Positions 39,040-52,485 of a stretch of 64,000 nucleotides of DNA are shown here, one piece after another. A program made the position numbers and the translations under genes. The stretch covers positions 30,382,001 to 30,446,000 of the forward strand of contig NC_087437.1 of assembly GCF_036321535.1 (NCBI RefSeq), written 5' to 3'. Positions within the stretch are counted from its first letter, which is position 1; every line of letters starts with the position of its first letter. A model generated the notes under the pieces. It did no database searches. It was not told the DNA's origin and was given only the letters and a program-made list of their open reading frames with translations. Source of the stretch: Camelus dromedarius (lineage: Eukaryota).

Positions 39040-39422
39040 GCTATGTTAGCAGAGGAAATACAGCTTCCACCTTCCCTCTTGGAATTTTGACCTTGGTGCC
39101 CAGCTGCCATAGCGTGAGGAAGCTCACGCCAAATGGAAAGGTGATATATAAGTGTCCTGGCCAACAGCCTCCAGTAAGATTCCTGCCAAAGCCACCACCA
39201 CTTGCCAGCCATGTAAGTGAGGTAGGCTTTGAGCTGACCCTAGTTAAAGCCATTGTTAAGAAAGGCTTTGAAATAACTTGTTTCAGATACTGTCTGATTG
39301 CAACAGCAGAGAGACTAAGCAATAACAGCCTTAGTTCAGGCAGCTAAAAGAACCAAGAGAAGTAAGTAATTAAGTTATTGTTTTACACCACTAAGTCTAT
39401 GCAGCAATAGATAATCAAAACA
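39040..39422 (+). mobile_element. MLT1G/H-like LTR
   Basis: CAGCTGCCATAGCGTGAGGAAGC...GCCAGCCATGTAAGTGAG...TTGTTTTACACCACTAAG...GCAGCAATAGATAATCAAAACA. Confidence 0.8.
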
Positions 39423-39509
39423 ACGGTAGCATCTGTAGGACTGAATCCCTGGAAAGGGAAAAGGATGGAATATGTAGCTCAGAGAGCACAATCTTCATTT
39501 AAAACTCAG

Positions 39510-39760
39510 GGGTGTCATTTACTAAGTTGGATTTCTGGTTTCTCCTGAAAAAACAAAATTGGAAGAGCCCACAACCTTAGGCCCACCTTCTCGCGTGGCC
39601 ACAGTCAGCTGGTGCTGAGTTTGTTTCGTCATTTCATTTAGACAAGACCTGGTCCTGGTCCTCACCACTTCCTGTCCTCACCACCAGCCGGGTTCATGGC
39701 CAGCTTTTCTTGTCCATGTTTCCTGCCTAGGCCTGGAAGTATTTTACTTTACATCCCCAG
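39510..39760. mobile_element. MER102-like fragment
   Basis: GGATTTCTGGTTTCTCCTGAAAAA...GGCCCAC...CAGCTGGTGCTGAGT...CCTGCCTAGGCCTG. Confidence 0.6.
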
Positions 39761-39871
39761 TTCTAGGTTTAATCTTTTGGGCCATTTTTTAATATTTTAA
39801 CATTGACTGTTCCAAATTTCTAAAATTTTCAGGATACTAGTCTTTTTTTAAATAATTGTATTTTTTTTATA

Positions 39872-40165
39872 ATTATGTACTCAGTTTCTTTTTGCTTTTT
39901 TCTTCCAATTTTATTGAGATATAATTGACATCCAGCACTTTATAAGTTTAATGTGTACAGCACAATGACTTCACTTATTATGTACTCTTATTTTTGCTTT
40001 TTTCTTCCGTTTTTATTGATATAATCGACATACAGCACTTTGTAAGTTTGGTGTGTACAGCGTAATGGTTTCACTTACATACATCATGAAGTGATCACCA
40101 CAATAAGTTTAGTGAACATCCATCATTTCATAAAATACAAAATAAACAAAAAAAAATTTTTTTCA
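39872..40165 (-). mobile_element. Laurasiatherian-type L1 extreme 3' end with tandemly repeated terminus
   Basis: TTCC(A/G)..TTTATTGA..TATAAT.GACAT.CAGCACT present twice, followed by CATCATGAAGTGATCACCACAATAAGTTTAGTGAACATCCATC. Confidence 0.8.
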
Positions 40166-40588
40166 AGAGAATAGTCTTAACAGTCAAATCCAGAAATTGG
40201 GCCTTATCTGCCTAAGTCCCAAATCAAAAAATTATGGAGCCGAAGTGGACCTACTTTTCTGATCAGTCATAGGATTCTGAAGGCTGCCACACAGCCACGG
40301 GGATCAGAAAGAGCCCCAAGATTGCCTGACTGACTCTCAAGGAAGAATCAGACTCACAGCATGCATCTTCCCCAGAGTCCCAGGAAAATCGGGCAAAGAG
40401 GGAAGGAAAGGAGGTTAAACCAGGTTATTGTAGAGCACGCGCTCTCCTTGTCGGACACAGACTGCTTCCCGCAGTGTTGGAAAATGAGGAGAGGGGCTCC
40501 CAAAGTGTCTGGATTGTGTCAAGAATGGGTGGGGCTGGCCTCCTTGCCAGGACATGGACAGCTAGGTAACTGAGCCCAAGTACCTGCA

Positions 40589-40593
40589 GAGAG

Positions 40594-40646
<53 letters not shown>
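40589..40646. repeat. (GA)n(GT)~25 microsatellite
   Basis: Directly visible. Confidence 0.95.
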
Positions 40647-40647
<1 letters not shown>

Positions 40648-43600
40648 TCCGTCTCCCCGTCCACATCTACTTCATGGGCACTGAATTTTCACAGTGAATC
40701 ATGGTTTTGTTTTCTGGGTTCAGCAGCCTGTGGGCTGGCAGAGATTAAGGTCTGGGATTTTGCAACAGCTGTTTATGTTACCTGGGAAGGCAAGTGAACA
40801 TGCACTAGGATCTTTTTCTTTCTTTTTTTTTCACTGGGATCATTTTCATCAGCTCATGAGCTCAGGCTTTGCCTGCCAAAAGGCCATGATTTCTCTGTTA
40901 GAAAAATAACACCTCTATCTGGAATCAGTGCAAAGTCTTAAATGTCAGAGTCTAAATTCTGATCTGATGCCACAGAGTCTTAAATTGCTCACATAGTCTC
41001 TAATTCCAATTGAAGGTGATGTAACTCCTAAAAGGAACAGCTACACCGTCTTTTCAGACACTACCATAACGTGGAGAGAATCATCAGCAAATAGAGTGGA
41101 GATGCAGTCTCATTCTGCCTCTTTAACTTATCTTAAAATAACTTTCTTATGGTTTCAGGAAATAGCTGCCCTATTCTCCATTCATGAATGTAACATACAA
41201 ACTTCTCTACCAGGCAACTGCTACAGGCTCCTTTAGATCACCCCCCTCCGCCCAGGTCTTTCCAGACCTCATTTTTAGCACATCATCTATGAAAGTCACC
41301 CTAATCCCTTGATCTTGCATTTGCGTCTCCCTGGACCCTTTCCAGCCTCTCTGTGGAGAGAGGCACAGTGTCCTTTGGACCGTGACCATGGGAGAAATTC
41401 TGATTATGTGATGACCACAGGCACTGTCTGTTCCCTCAAACAGCACACAGCAGTGACAGAGGGATGTCACGGGGGAATGCCGGGTCTCCTCTTGCTGTGG
41501 GAACCTGTAGTCACATGTTTGGGATAATGAAACCAGCTAGTTTGGTCAGCAGATGTATCATAAAAACTTATCAAGCATACTTAGCTAGCAAGCCAAAGAC
41601 ATGGGCCATAATTAAGTCTTGGAAGACAGTTAAAATCTGAAAAGTTCTAACACGTCTATCAGTGCCACTAATTGGGAACTCTTCAAAGCTCCCTCATCTA
41701 AATGCCTGGAAAATAAGATGCTCATTTTGAAGGCTGCCTGGTACAACATAGGGAGCTTTTAAGGCAAAAAGCATTTAGACATTATGTAATATTGGAGGAG
41801 AGGAGAGTGGAAATTTTTGTTTAGGCCATTATCTAGTAACATTATCTGCCTCCTATTTCCAGATCCAGTAGTATTGGCAGAAAATTATAGATAAAATTTA
41901 TTCCTGTAAATTTGTGTGATTGTCACTTCAACATGCAATGATTTACTTTTAATACTAATTCTTAGTCTCATCAAATCTGGGCCTCTTATTGCAAAGCACT
42001 GACTCCTACCCTAATAATTCTTCTATTGTAACATTTTTCCCCTCTGCTTCTGTGGAGTTCTTAAGGCTTCTGGTCTTCAGTCCTGTAAGATGCAAATAAT
42101 ATAGAGAGTATATTTTTTTGTTAGCATCAGTGGTATCATGGAGAAAAAACCCCACAAACTTAGGAAGGATTCATTGTCAGTAGAAGCTAAAAAGGGAACT
42201 CGGGAGAGGCCTCAGAAAGGCAGAATGAGAGAGCAAGGAAAGAAAAGTGTGTGTGTGTGTGTCTGTCTGTCTCTATGCCTTCAGATTTGGAGGAAGGGGC
42301 AGGAGGCAATTCTAGAAAGAAACTGAAGAACCCTTCCTCCTCCTTTTTCCCCCTTCACCTATTCCACAGTTTTGCCACAAGTGAGCCCTGCCTCTGTGGT
42401 CTCTAGCAACTTGCCCACTGTACCACCTTACGCCATCTTATTCAATTTATAAATGAAGAAGGTGGCCCAAGACAGGTAGCTGTTCTGTGCACACATCAAG
42501 GAGGAGATATTGAGAAGAGTAAACAAGAGAACTAACTCTAGCTCAGCATGACATAGGGACAAAGAATAATGGATTGGTTCTAAGAAATGCTGCACCCCCC
42601 AGATCAGGCCCCAAGTTGCCTTTTGCCAGCAGACACTTGGGGGCCATTACTCCCAGGGAGGGAATTACTGCATTCAATCCTATGAGAAGCCAAGCATGCC
42701 TGCCTGATGAAACAGCACGCCAGCCTGCTAGCAGATGAGGATACTGTTCTGGGACAAAGGGGAACATACATAAGCTATTCTGGGAAGGACAGACAGTCAT
42801 GATTACCCCACAGCTTGGCCCAGAGAGTTTCATCAGTGTGGGGGCAATGCAGAAGAAAAGCATGTTATTAACATAATTTTCCTTTTTATTTAATACAAGT
42901 GGTAATTCTTTTCTAATTACCATGAGTTGACTCAACAAACAGCAGCAGCAGAAGTATTTGCTTTTGATTATCTGCATTGTTGTTTGCCTTGGGAACGGAG
43001 GTGAGTGGGGGTGAATATTGAAAAGAAGGAACCAGAAGTCATAAACAAGACCATATTCTTGGCTCCCACTTAGGAAGCAGAATGTTTGGAGCAATGTCAC
43101 AGACATCTGCTAAACATCCATGCTCCTTGGTCTACCACAAACAGGTTCTTTCCAAATCATAAATACCTACATGTTTTTCCAAAAGAGGAGAATCAATACC
43201 ATTGTTTATTCACACTATTTTTTCTTAAAAATGTTAAGTTTCACCGGATATGCAGTATGATGAAGAATCGTTTTCAACTCTTGCCTATTTTTTTCTTAAA
43301 AAAAAAAGTTGAGGTTCTTGATGTGAGATTCTTGTGAACTTTATTTTTGAGGCAATTTCTGTAAATAAGCTAAAACAGTATGTTTTGTGGATAACTTTCA
43401 TTTCAGCTAAAACAGTTCATCCATTTCAGTTGACAATGGCAAGAAAATACCCACCAATTTCATCTTGATTGATTATTTCCATAAACTATAAAAAAGGAAG
43501 AGTGCCTCAAAGATACTTAATGTCCCAGGACATGGTTAAGCAAAAGGCCAAAATGTGTAAAAAGAATGCCATGTTGTGAGTTGTGCCACTAGAATGACAA

Positions 43601-44244
43601 TAAAACATCACCCTAGAAAGTGATGCTATGGCATCCAAACAGGGGCCCCCATGTTCTAATACGAGCCATTGAGATCCTGGCCCTCACTGAGAGGACCACA
43701 TCCTTTGCCTCCATGGATCCAGATGCTATTTCATCCTTGGACCCCAAAGGGAATGACCTTGTTCAGTCTGTGACCTAGAACCAGATTTCTGCAAAAGCAA
43801 ACCACTTGGAGAGACTTAGCAAGGATTCTAATCTATTTTGGGCAATGTCACTGGGTGTGACACTGAGTGATTTAGGGAGCCAAGGAGAACTGATTTCAAG
43901 ATGACTAACGAAAGGCCCAGGGGCTTTAGGTATCTGAATTCAGAAGACAGCTGCTTTGTGTGGTAGCCTGAAACAGAGTGGACTTCTTGACACGGACTAC
44001 CCCAAATCCTGGAAGCAAGAACTAGGGAATACCAGTTAAAGGACATGAATTATTTTGAGCCAAGTGGTGGAAGAGGTGAACTCAGTAGGCATTTGTTATT
44101 TTAAAATGCTGATCCACAGCTAAAACAAGGGTTTAGATAAATTCATCTTTTGCAGATCCATAATGTATCAGTAGGAAAAGCAGGTGGTATTTAGGGCACA
44201 TTTTGTGGCTGATGTCTACAAGGTTAATGATGTCCTTTCACAAA

Positions 44245-44425
44245 AGAGAGACTTAGATCTTCGAGCTGCAAAAGACCTGAAAGGTCATGTAATTCAGTCT
44301 CTTAAATTTACAGGGGGAGAAAATAAGGTCAAGAAAGGCTAAGTGACTCAGATAAGATCACACAGCCAGCTAAGGACTCTCAACTGGGTGCCAAACCTGG
44401 GGTACACGGTTTTATCCAGATGCTA
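44245..44425 (-). mobile_element. MIR (MIRc/MIR3-like)
   Basis: GAGCTGCAAAAGACCTGAAAGGTCAT...TTTACAGGGGGAGAAA...AAGTGACT...AAGATCACACAGCCAG. Confidence 0.75.
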
Positions 44426-45436
44426 CTAAAAATCTATCTCTACCTATAGATATATACACACTTACGTGTTCACATATAATCATTAGAGATTCAAAATGTG
44501 CATTACCATATAAAAAATTCTGAGTAATCTTCCAGGAAAGAAATCAGCTTTACTAAACTCAGCTCTTCTAAACGCCCGTAACCATGAAGCCCTTTTTGCC
44601 CTGCAACAATTATTCAGAGCCCATGAAACTGAATCATGAAAGTTCTGCATGAAAACCCCATTTGTGTCCATAATTATTCTATTTGGTATGCTGGTTCATT
44701 TTTTAACCTACTTAATTCAAACTAGAAATATGGGCAACACATAAAAATAGGTTCTTAAACCCCACACAGTTTCTTACTCAACCAGGTCACTAAAATACCA
44801 GTGAAATTCCAGGGTGACATCTACACAGTTCTGTGTGGCCAGAACCAATGGTGGCCTCTGTATTTTTATACCTTTGCCCACTAATACAGCATTGGCCCAC
44901 TTTTTTGAAAGGCAGATAGCCATAGCATGACACTTATACCAACTGATTTGAAGGGAACTGTTTTCAGAATTTACTTTTAGACATTTCGGGGCATAAAACA
45001 AAGTGAGTATCCCACACAACAGAGCAACGTATGCAGACCTTTACTGCATGTTAACAGGACATCTAGCTTGAGCCATATCCTTGTCTCTAAGTCAAACAAA
45101 AAGGGAGATGCAGCTTAATGTCTTACAGAGTTAGGAAAGCTTCATTCTGTTTTAAGAGCTACTCAGCAGTTCCTGTGGCCTTGTCATTCACCTTTGTGGA
45201 ATGGGTTAGGCTGTTAGATGATGTGGAAATTCTTATATTCTTGAGTGTTTGTAGAATCTTCTGGCTGAAGAAAAACAGACCTTGAGAGGCAGCATGGACT
45301 TCTCCCAAATGTGGCAGAACCTTCTGTTAGATGCACTGACACTATTCGTTTCATCCCTCATGGCAGAATAATTTCTAATAGAGTCATGCATACACCAGCC
45401 AGTATGAGTAAGTCATCTGAGTTCCCTTGAGATGAG

Positions 45437-45560
<124 letters not shown>

Positions 45561-46890
45561 ATCCTCACAAATAAATGCCTGGAAGGTATCTGACATCCCC
45601 TTGGGCTTAAAATGTACCCAGCACCATTATCTGACGTAGTGGTGTTAGGAGACTTAAATGCCAGTCTACTCAAGATTCTGCCCAATCTTCATCTGTAAAC
45701 CATCTATATTCGTGTTGATTCCCTGTGAACCACTTCTCCTGAGAGAGTTGCTAAATTAAATAGAAAAGTACCTGGATAAACTCGTGATTATCGTAGTCTA
45801 ATACTGCTAAATTGCAAACCATGGGATAATTTAAGAGGAAGTTACATTTACATCTCCAATCAAATAATCAATGTTACGACTCATTTGTAACCAGCAATTC
45901 TTTTGACTTTGCTCATCTTCACCCTTGAAAGGATATTTTTCGACTGAGGTGGAACAGATTATTGGTTGTAATCTTGTCCTTAATATGCTTTTGTGTATAT
46001 TTCCATATACATAATTGGCTCTGTGAGAATTGGAGGATAATAAGATTGTTAATAAGGGCTAGTATCTCTCCCGTTCCCTAGGAAATGTTCTGAATTTCAA
46101 AGAGTTTACAGAACTTGAAGTAATTGTCTTTGTGGAGTGGTTTCTCTCTACGTGCCTCATAGAATAGTTGAAATCAACCTTGACTATTTTGTAGGTCTAG
46201 TAAATTGAGGAACTGGCTGCCTTGTATTTTAGTTCTTCTAGGACTGCTTGCAAGCCAAAAAGTCTAAACAAAACAGCAAGATGGTGTGTGATACTAAGGT
46301 CAGGTCGAGTCCTTCTACAATAACTCATGCTTTTTGGTACTTATGGATTAGACTAATCTCACTAGAACCAGAGTTTAGCAACCTGGGTAAATAATGAATA
46401 CAAGTCTGGTGATATTTTCAGTCAGTTTTTCTCTAGAAGAGGCAGTTATAGAAGTACTAATTTCTATTGAGACTGGAGGATATAGTTCATTTAATGTAAT
46501 AATTTTAAGATGACATCTCTATATTTTTTAATTCTCAGTATTCTTCCTGTTGGTATTTAGTATCCATGTAAAAATTACACGTGCATCATAAAACAATCTT
46601 TCCAAGTCAGAGCTATTCTTTTACCCTATTACTAAGGCAGCTAAAATCTACCATTTTTAACTAACGCTTTCCTTCATTTTCCTCTCTTCTACAATCTCTT
46701 AATGTTGGAACATGCCGGGGCTCAGTCCTTGGGACTCTATGTACACTCACTGCTTTGGTGGTTTCATCCATGCAGTAAATGCTATCTATACACTGAGAGC
46801 TCCAAAATTTGTATCTCCAGCTTAGACGTCCCTCCAAAATCCCAAACTCTTATACCCAAATTCCTAGTCAACATCTCCACTTGTATTTCT

Positions 46891-48357
46891 TTATTATTAT
46901 TATAGTTGACTTACAATACTTTCTTTCAGGTGTACAGCATAGTGATTTGGGATTTTTTTGCAGATTATATTCTATTACAGGTTATTAGAAGATATTGGGT
47001 ATATTTCCCTGTGCTATACAGTAAATACTTGTTGTTTGTCCATTTTATGTATAGTTGTTTATACCTGTTAATCCCATACCCCTAATTTGTCCCTCCCCTC
47101 ACTCCCTTTTGGAGTGTTTCTATGTCTGTGAGTTTTTCTGTTTTGTATATACATTCCATATATAGGTGACATCATATAGTATTTGTTTTTCTCTGTCTGA
47201 CTTATTTCACTAAGCAGAATGTTCTTTAGGTCCATCCACGTTGCTGCATGTGGCAATATTTCATTCTTTTTATGGCTGAGTAATATTCCATTGTGCTTAT
47301 ATGTATAAGGAATATTGTGTATGTATATGTGTGTGTGTGTGTATCTAACACATCTTCCTAAGCCAATTGTCTATTGATGGGCACTTGGGTTGCTTTCATG
47401 TCTTGGCTGTTGTAAATAATGCTGCTATGAATATTGGGGGTACATGTACCTTTTCCAATTAGAGTTTTTGTGTTTGCAGGATGTATACCCAGGAGTGAGA
47501 TTGCTGGATCATACAGTAGTTCTATTTTTAGTTTTTTAAGGAAACTCCATACTGTTTTCCGTAGTGGCTGCACCAATTTATATTCCCATCAATAGCGTAG
47601 GAGGGTTCCCTCTTCTCCACATCCTCTCTAGCATCTATTATTTGTAGACTTTGTGATAGTGGCCATTCTGACCAGTGTGAGGTGATACTCGTTGTGATTT
47701 TGATTTGCATTTCTCTCATAATTAGTGATGTTGAGCATCTTTTCATGTGCTGTTAGCCATCTGTGTTTTTTTTTTTTTTCCAATATGTATTCAGGTCTTT
47801 TCTCCATTTTTTGATTGGGTTGTATTTTTTTCTGATATTGAGTCGTATGAGCTGTTTGTATATTTTGGATATTAACCTCTCATCAGTTACATCATTTGCA
47901 AATACTTTGTCCCATTCTGTAGGTTGTCTTTTCATTTTGTTCATGGTTTCCATTGCTGTGTAAAACTTTTAAGTTTGATTAGGCCACATTTGTTTGTTTT
48001 TGCTTTTTTTTTTTTTTTGCCTCAGGCCACTAATCTAAGAAGACACTGCTATGATTTATTCAAAGAGTGTTTTTCCTATATTCTCTTTTTGGACTTTTGT
48101 GGTGTCATGTTTTACATTTAGGTCTTCAAACCATTTTGAGTTTATTTTTGTACATGGTATGAGGCAGTGCTCTAATGTCGTTGTTTTACAAGCTGCTGTC
48201 CTGCTTCCCCAGCACCACTTGTTGAAGAGACCGTCTTTTCTCCACTGTACATTCTTGCCTCCTTTGGCATAGATTAATTGACTGTAGGTGTGTAGGTTTA
48301 TTTCTGAGCTCTCTATTCTGTTCCATTGATCTATGTGTCTGTGTTTGTGCCAATACA
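46891..48357 (-). mobile_element. 5'-truncated L1 with perfect 15 bp TSD
   Basis: TSD TCCACTTGTATTTCT at 46876-46890 and 48358-48372. ORF2 C-terminal remnants ([15 protein letters not shown]...[23 protein letters not shown]). Confidence 0.95.
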
Positions 48358-48659
48358 TCCACTTGTATTTCTAATAATATCTAAAACTCCCCCTTCCCAA
48401 AACTAAACTCCTGGTCTTTCCTGCAAAATCTATTCTGCGCATAGCTTTCCCCTTCTTAGTTGATAGCAACTTTGTTCTTTCAATTGCTCAGGTCAAAACC
48501 TTAAGTCTTCCTGGACTCCTCTCTTTTCTTTCACATCTTACATCCAATCTAATTGGAAATCAAGTTAGTTTTATCATCAAAATACATCCCAGATAACAGT
48601 ATGAGCTCATGTTTATTTTAGCATATATACAGACAGGTAGATACATAAATGTAGTGTGT

Positions 48660-49155
48660 GTCTATGTATAGAAGAATGCCTCTTCCACAAAGATATCTAT
48701 CTATATTATAATCCTTGGAATCTGCATATATGCCATCTTACCTGGTAAAAGGTACTTTGAAGCTGTGATTAACTTTAGAACCTTGAGATGGAGGAATTAA
48801 TATTGATTATCTGGGTAGATCCAATGTAATCGTAACAATCCTTATGAGCCAGAGGAGATGTGACAACAAAAGCAGAGTGTCAAAGTGATGCAATGTGGAT
48901 TTGAAGATGCTGTGACACTGAAGATGAAAGAAAGGTCCATGAGCCAAAGAATGCAGGAAGCCACGTGAAGCTGGAAAAAGCAGGGAAACAAATCCCCTCC
49001 TAGAGCCTCCAGAAACAACAAGACCTTGCCAACATCTTGATTTTAACCCACTAAAATCCATTTCAACCTTTTGACTGCCAAAGCTGTCAGGTGAGGAACT
49101 GGTGCTGTCACTAAGTTTGTGGTAGTTTGTGACAGCAGCATGGGAAACTAATACA
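48660..49155 (+). mobile_element. MLT1D-like LTR
   Basis: CTTACCTGGTAAAAGGTACTTTG...GATTATCTGGGTAGATCCAATGTAATC...CTAGAGCCTCCAGAAA...GGAAACTAATACA. Confidence 0.85.
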
Positions 49156-50260
49156 CTTGTGTTGGTAATACACATCTGTTTCCTAGCTCTGTCTGCTGAG
49201 AGGGTCTAGAAGCAGTGACATCCCAGTAGTAACGAGTCCACCCAGTGCCCAGATCCTGGTTTCTAAATATTATTTACCAACACAAGGTACCAGGGCTTCT
49301 GGGGAAAATGGTTGATTCTAGGGCTGGAGCAGGGAAAATGCAAGAGAGTCTGGAGCATTTTATAGCACCAGAGAATAAAGGAGTGCTCTAAACATGGGCC
49401 ATTTCAAAAGGGCATAGGAGCAAGGCTGAAAGAGTTTCTAATGGCCAAATCTGGAACAATTTGAGCAACAAAATAACAGTATTGGATTATAACTCAAAGG
49501 GGAAAATAATCCATGAATTTATACTGATACAAATAAATAATAAAGTACATAAATACACTGGTGAGTAAACACAAATCTTCCTTACCAAAAAATGTCAATA
49601 AATGTAGAAGAAATGAGTGATTAAAAAAATCACTGTTGGAACACCATAGCAGTAACTTCTACAGACAGGATACACCACATTAATAAAGAGAAACAAGATA
49701 TCTGCATAGCTTCAAAGTATCTCCCCCGAAATGTTTATTAATTACTATAGTGATTTTATCTAGGTCCACAAATTCTTTGATATTCCTCCCTCTAGGAGGT
49801 AAAGCTTAGTTCCCTATCCTGTGAGTGTGGGCTGGACTTAGTGACTCACTTCTAAGGAACAGTGTATGGAAAGAGGGAAATAGTGACTTTATAGAGCAAC
49901 CTAGAAGACACTTCTTCAAACAAGTGATGACGGTTGCATCACTGGCGGTACGTCACATTGGTATCACGTATCCCCTGGTAGGATGTGATAAGAAAGGCCC
50001 ATCATCTTTATGGTATTTATGCCCCTAATCTATAATCTTAGTACAATCATGATAAAATATCAAACTCAAGTTGAGAGAGTTTACAAAATACCTGACCAGT
50101 ACGCCTCAAAGGGGCAATGTCATGAAAGACAAGGCAAAACCGAGAAACTGCCACAGACCACGGGGAGACTAAAAAGATTTGAACTGGGTTCAAGGTGGTA
50201 TTCTGAACTGGATACTGGAGCAGAAAAAGGACACTAGCACAAAACAAAAGCAAAAAAACT

Positions 50261-50390
50261 GGAGGGAGGGTATAAATCAGTGGTCAAGTGCACGCTTAGC
50301 ATGCATGAGGTCCTGAGTTCTATCTCCAGTATGTCCATTAAAATTTTTTAAATAAATAAATTATAATTATCCCCCCAACACACACACAAA
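50261..50390 (+). mobile_element. Camelid tRNA-derived SINE (Vic-1-type)
   Basis: GGGAGGGTATAAATCAGTGGTCAAGTGCACGCTTAGCATGCATGAGGTCCTGAGTTCTATCTCCAGTATGTCCATT, then AATAAA...TAATTATCCCCCC tail. Same family as 14505-14645. Confidence 0.85.
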
Positions 50391-50835
50391 TTGATGAAAT
50401 CCAGTGTATTTCTCCACATTAGAATGTAAACTGCCCTTCTGAGAGCAGGAATCTGTCTTTTTTATCCATTAATCTATCCCAAGCACCTAGAACAGTATTT
50501 GGCACAGTAGAAGTACAATAAATTGTTGTTGTTAAATTGAATTTAACCTGGCACATTCAGATCCCTAGAGTGTGAAATAATCTTCAAATGGTATCAGAAT
50601 TCCTGGAAGCTTTCATATAAATTCTTTCAAGTCCATGTATGTATGTGTTTTTTTGCTTTTAAATGAAAGTTTATTGTTTAGGTTTTAATAATTATCTTTA
50701 AAATTCATGATACAATACTTTATGAAATTACCATTTTTGTAAGTCAAAATAGGTGAACATTACACCTTCACATAATTCAAGCTAATAATATAATTTTGAT
50801 CAGTTGTTTACTACTAATAATTACAATAACTCAAT

Positions 50836-51925
50836 TTTTAAACCACTCTATTGAGGGATGATTGACATACAAAGGCCATATATATTTACGTACAACTTCA
50901 CAAGCCTAGTTTTAAGTATACATTTATAAAACCTTCACCATAATCTATACCATAAACAATATCCACAACCTCCTTTACTCTTTATTATTATTGTTTTATA
51001 TGATAAGAACATTTAACGTAAGATCTACCCTCTGAGAAAAAGTTTAAGTGTACAATTCAGCATTGTTTACTATAGGAAGTACGCTGTACAGCAGATCTCT
51101 AGGACTTACTCACCTTGCATGACTGTAGCTTTGTACCCTTTGACTAATTATTACCTCCCTGTTTCCCCCTTCTTCCAGCCCCTGGCAAATACCATTCTAC
51201 TCTCTACTTCTATGAGTTTCTCTATTTAGGTTCCTCAAATGTGTTGTCATACAGTTTTTATCCTTCTGTCTGACTTACTTCACCCAGCCTCTTGTCCTCC
51301 AGTTCACCCATGTTGTCACAGTAGCAGGATTTCCTTCTTTTTCCAGACTGAATAATATTCCATTGTAGCGATATACACCACATCTTCTTTATCTGCTCAT
51401 CTGTCCATAGATATTTAGGTTGCTTTCATGTCTTGGCTATTGTGAATAATGCTGCAGTGAACCTGAGAGTGCACATGTCTCTTAGAGATAGAGATTTCAA
51501 TCCTTTGGATATACACCCACAAGTGAGACTGCTGAATCATATGGTAATTCTATGTCTAATTTTTTGAGAGAGTGCTATACCATTTTCCATAATTGCTGCT
51601 AGTTTACATTCCCACCAGTAGTGTACAAGGGTTTCCTTTTGTCTACATCCTTGTCAACACATATCTTTTTAAAATATATATATAATATCCATCCTAACAG
51701 ATGTGAGGTGATATCTCATTGTGGTTTTGATTTTTATTTCCCTGATGATTAATGATGTGGAGCACTTTTCATATTCTTTTTAGGCATTTGTATATTTTCT
51801 TTGGAGAAATATCTATTCAGTTTCTTTGCCCATTTTTAATTGGCTTATTTGGTTTTTTGCTAGAGTTATAAATGTCCCCTATGTATTTTTGATATCTGGT
51901 CTGCAAACATCTTCTCCCATTCCAT
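50836..51925 (-). mobile_element. L1MA-type (L1MA8/9-like) 3' end
   Basis: ATTGAGGGATGATTGACATAC...AAGATCTACCCTC...AGATCTCTAGGACTTA...GTGAGGTGATATCTCATTGTGGTTTTGATT. Confidence 0.85.
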
Positions 51926-52264
51926 ACATATCCAAACTGGGATAGCTGGTCACCTTTCCAGTACCCATATGAAGGTTTACTGAAGATTTTAAACTATATG
52001 AGCTTACTCTTTACGAGGGATGCCACACAGACAGATCTGGGCAACTGCCAACTGCTAGTGGGCATCTAGACAATAACCCAGAAAAAGATGTTTCGGGAGT
52101 CTTTGTCTCATGGACCAATGGTTCAGAGAAAGGCCCCATCCTGTACCCATCACCCCTGTAGCCACCAGAGAAAGGGGTGATTAAGCGCCAGCTCTGAGGA
52201 TATAGCAACAGAGCATTGTGTCTGACCCAAATACCATTTTTTAGAAGATTAATAGACTGCATTT

Positions 52265-52485
52265 TAAATACAAAGATTTCACATTAAAAAAAATACTTTC
52301 AGCTTCTCGTAAAAAAATTGGAAGTTCTGGTAACATTGGATTAAGCTCTTATACGCCAAAAATCAGTTCCAGCTGAGAGTAGCAAGTTCCTACTTCAGAT
52401 AGGGCATTTGTTTCCAATCATCAGTCCCCCATGACCAGCTTTGCTCTTGCCCTCTCCCCGGCCCTGCAGGCAGTCTCGACTTCAG
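52265..52485. mobile_element. MER102-like fragment
   Basis: AGATTTCACATTAAAAA...GCTTCTCGTAAAAAAATTGGAAGTTCTGGTAACATTGG...GGCCCTGCAGGCA. Confidence 0.65.

Larger units (their letters stand above)
48593..50404 (+). mobile_element. L1MC/L1MD-type 3' UTR nested in L2, itself hosting an MLT1D and a SINE
   Basis: TTTCCTAGCTCTGTCTGCTGAGAGGGTCTAGAAGCAGTGACATCCCAGTAG...CCAGATCCTGGTTTCTAAATA...CAGAAAAAGGACACTAG. Confidence 0.8.
46680..50545 (+). mobile_element. L2a host split into pieces (about 46680-46890, 48373-48592, 50405-50545)
   Basis: GGGCTCAGTCCTTGG...CTCCAAAATTTGTATCTCCAGC...ACATCTCCACTTG, then TTGCTCAGGTCAAAACCTT, then TAGAATGTAAACT...GCACCTAGAACAG...TGGCACAGTAG. Confidence 0.8.

Noticed and set aside
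42543..43106. 187 aa minus-strand ORF in unique DNA
   Set aside because: No recognisable protein family and composition typical of random non-coding frames. The region is better explained as regulatory.
45660..45770. Minus-strand acceptor (CTTTTCTATTTAATTTAG) with downstream reading frames
   Set aside because: All three frames stop within about 30 codons, no recognisable peptide, and no good donor.
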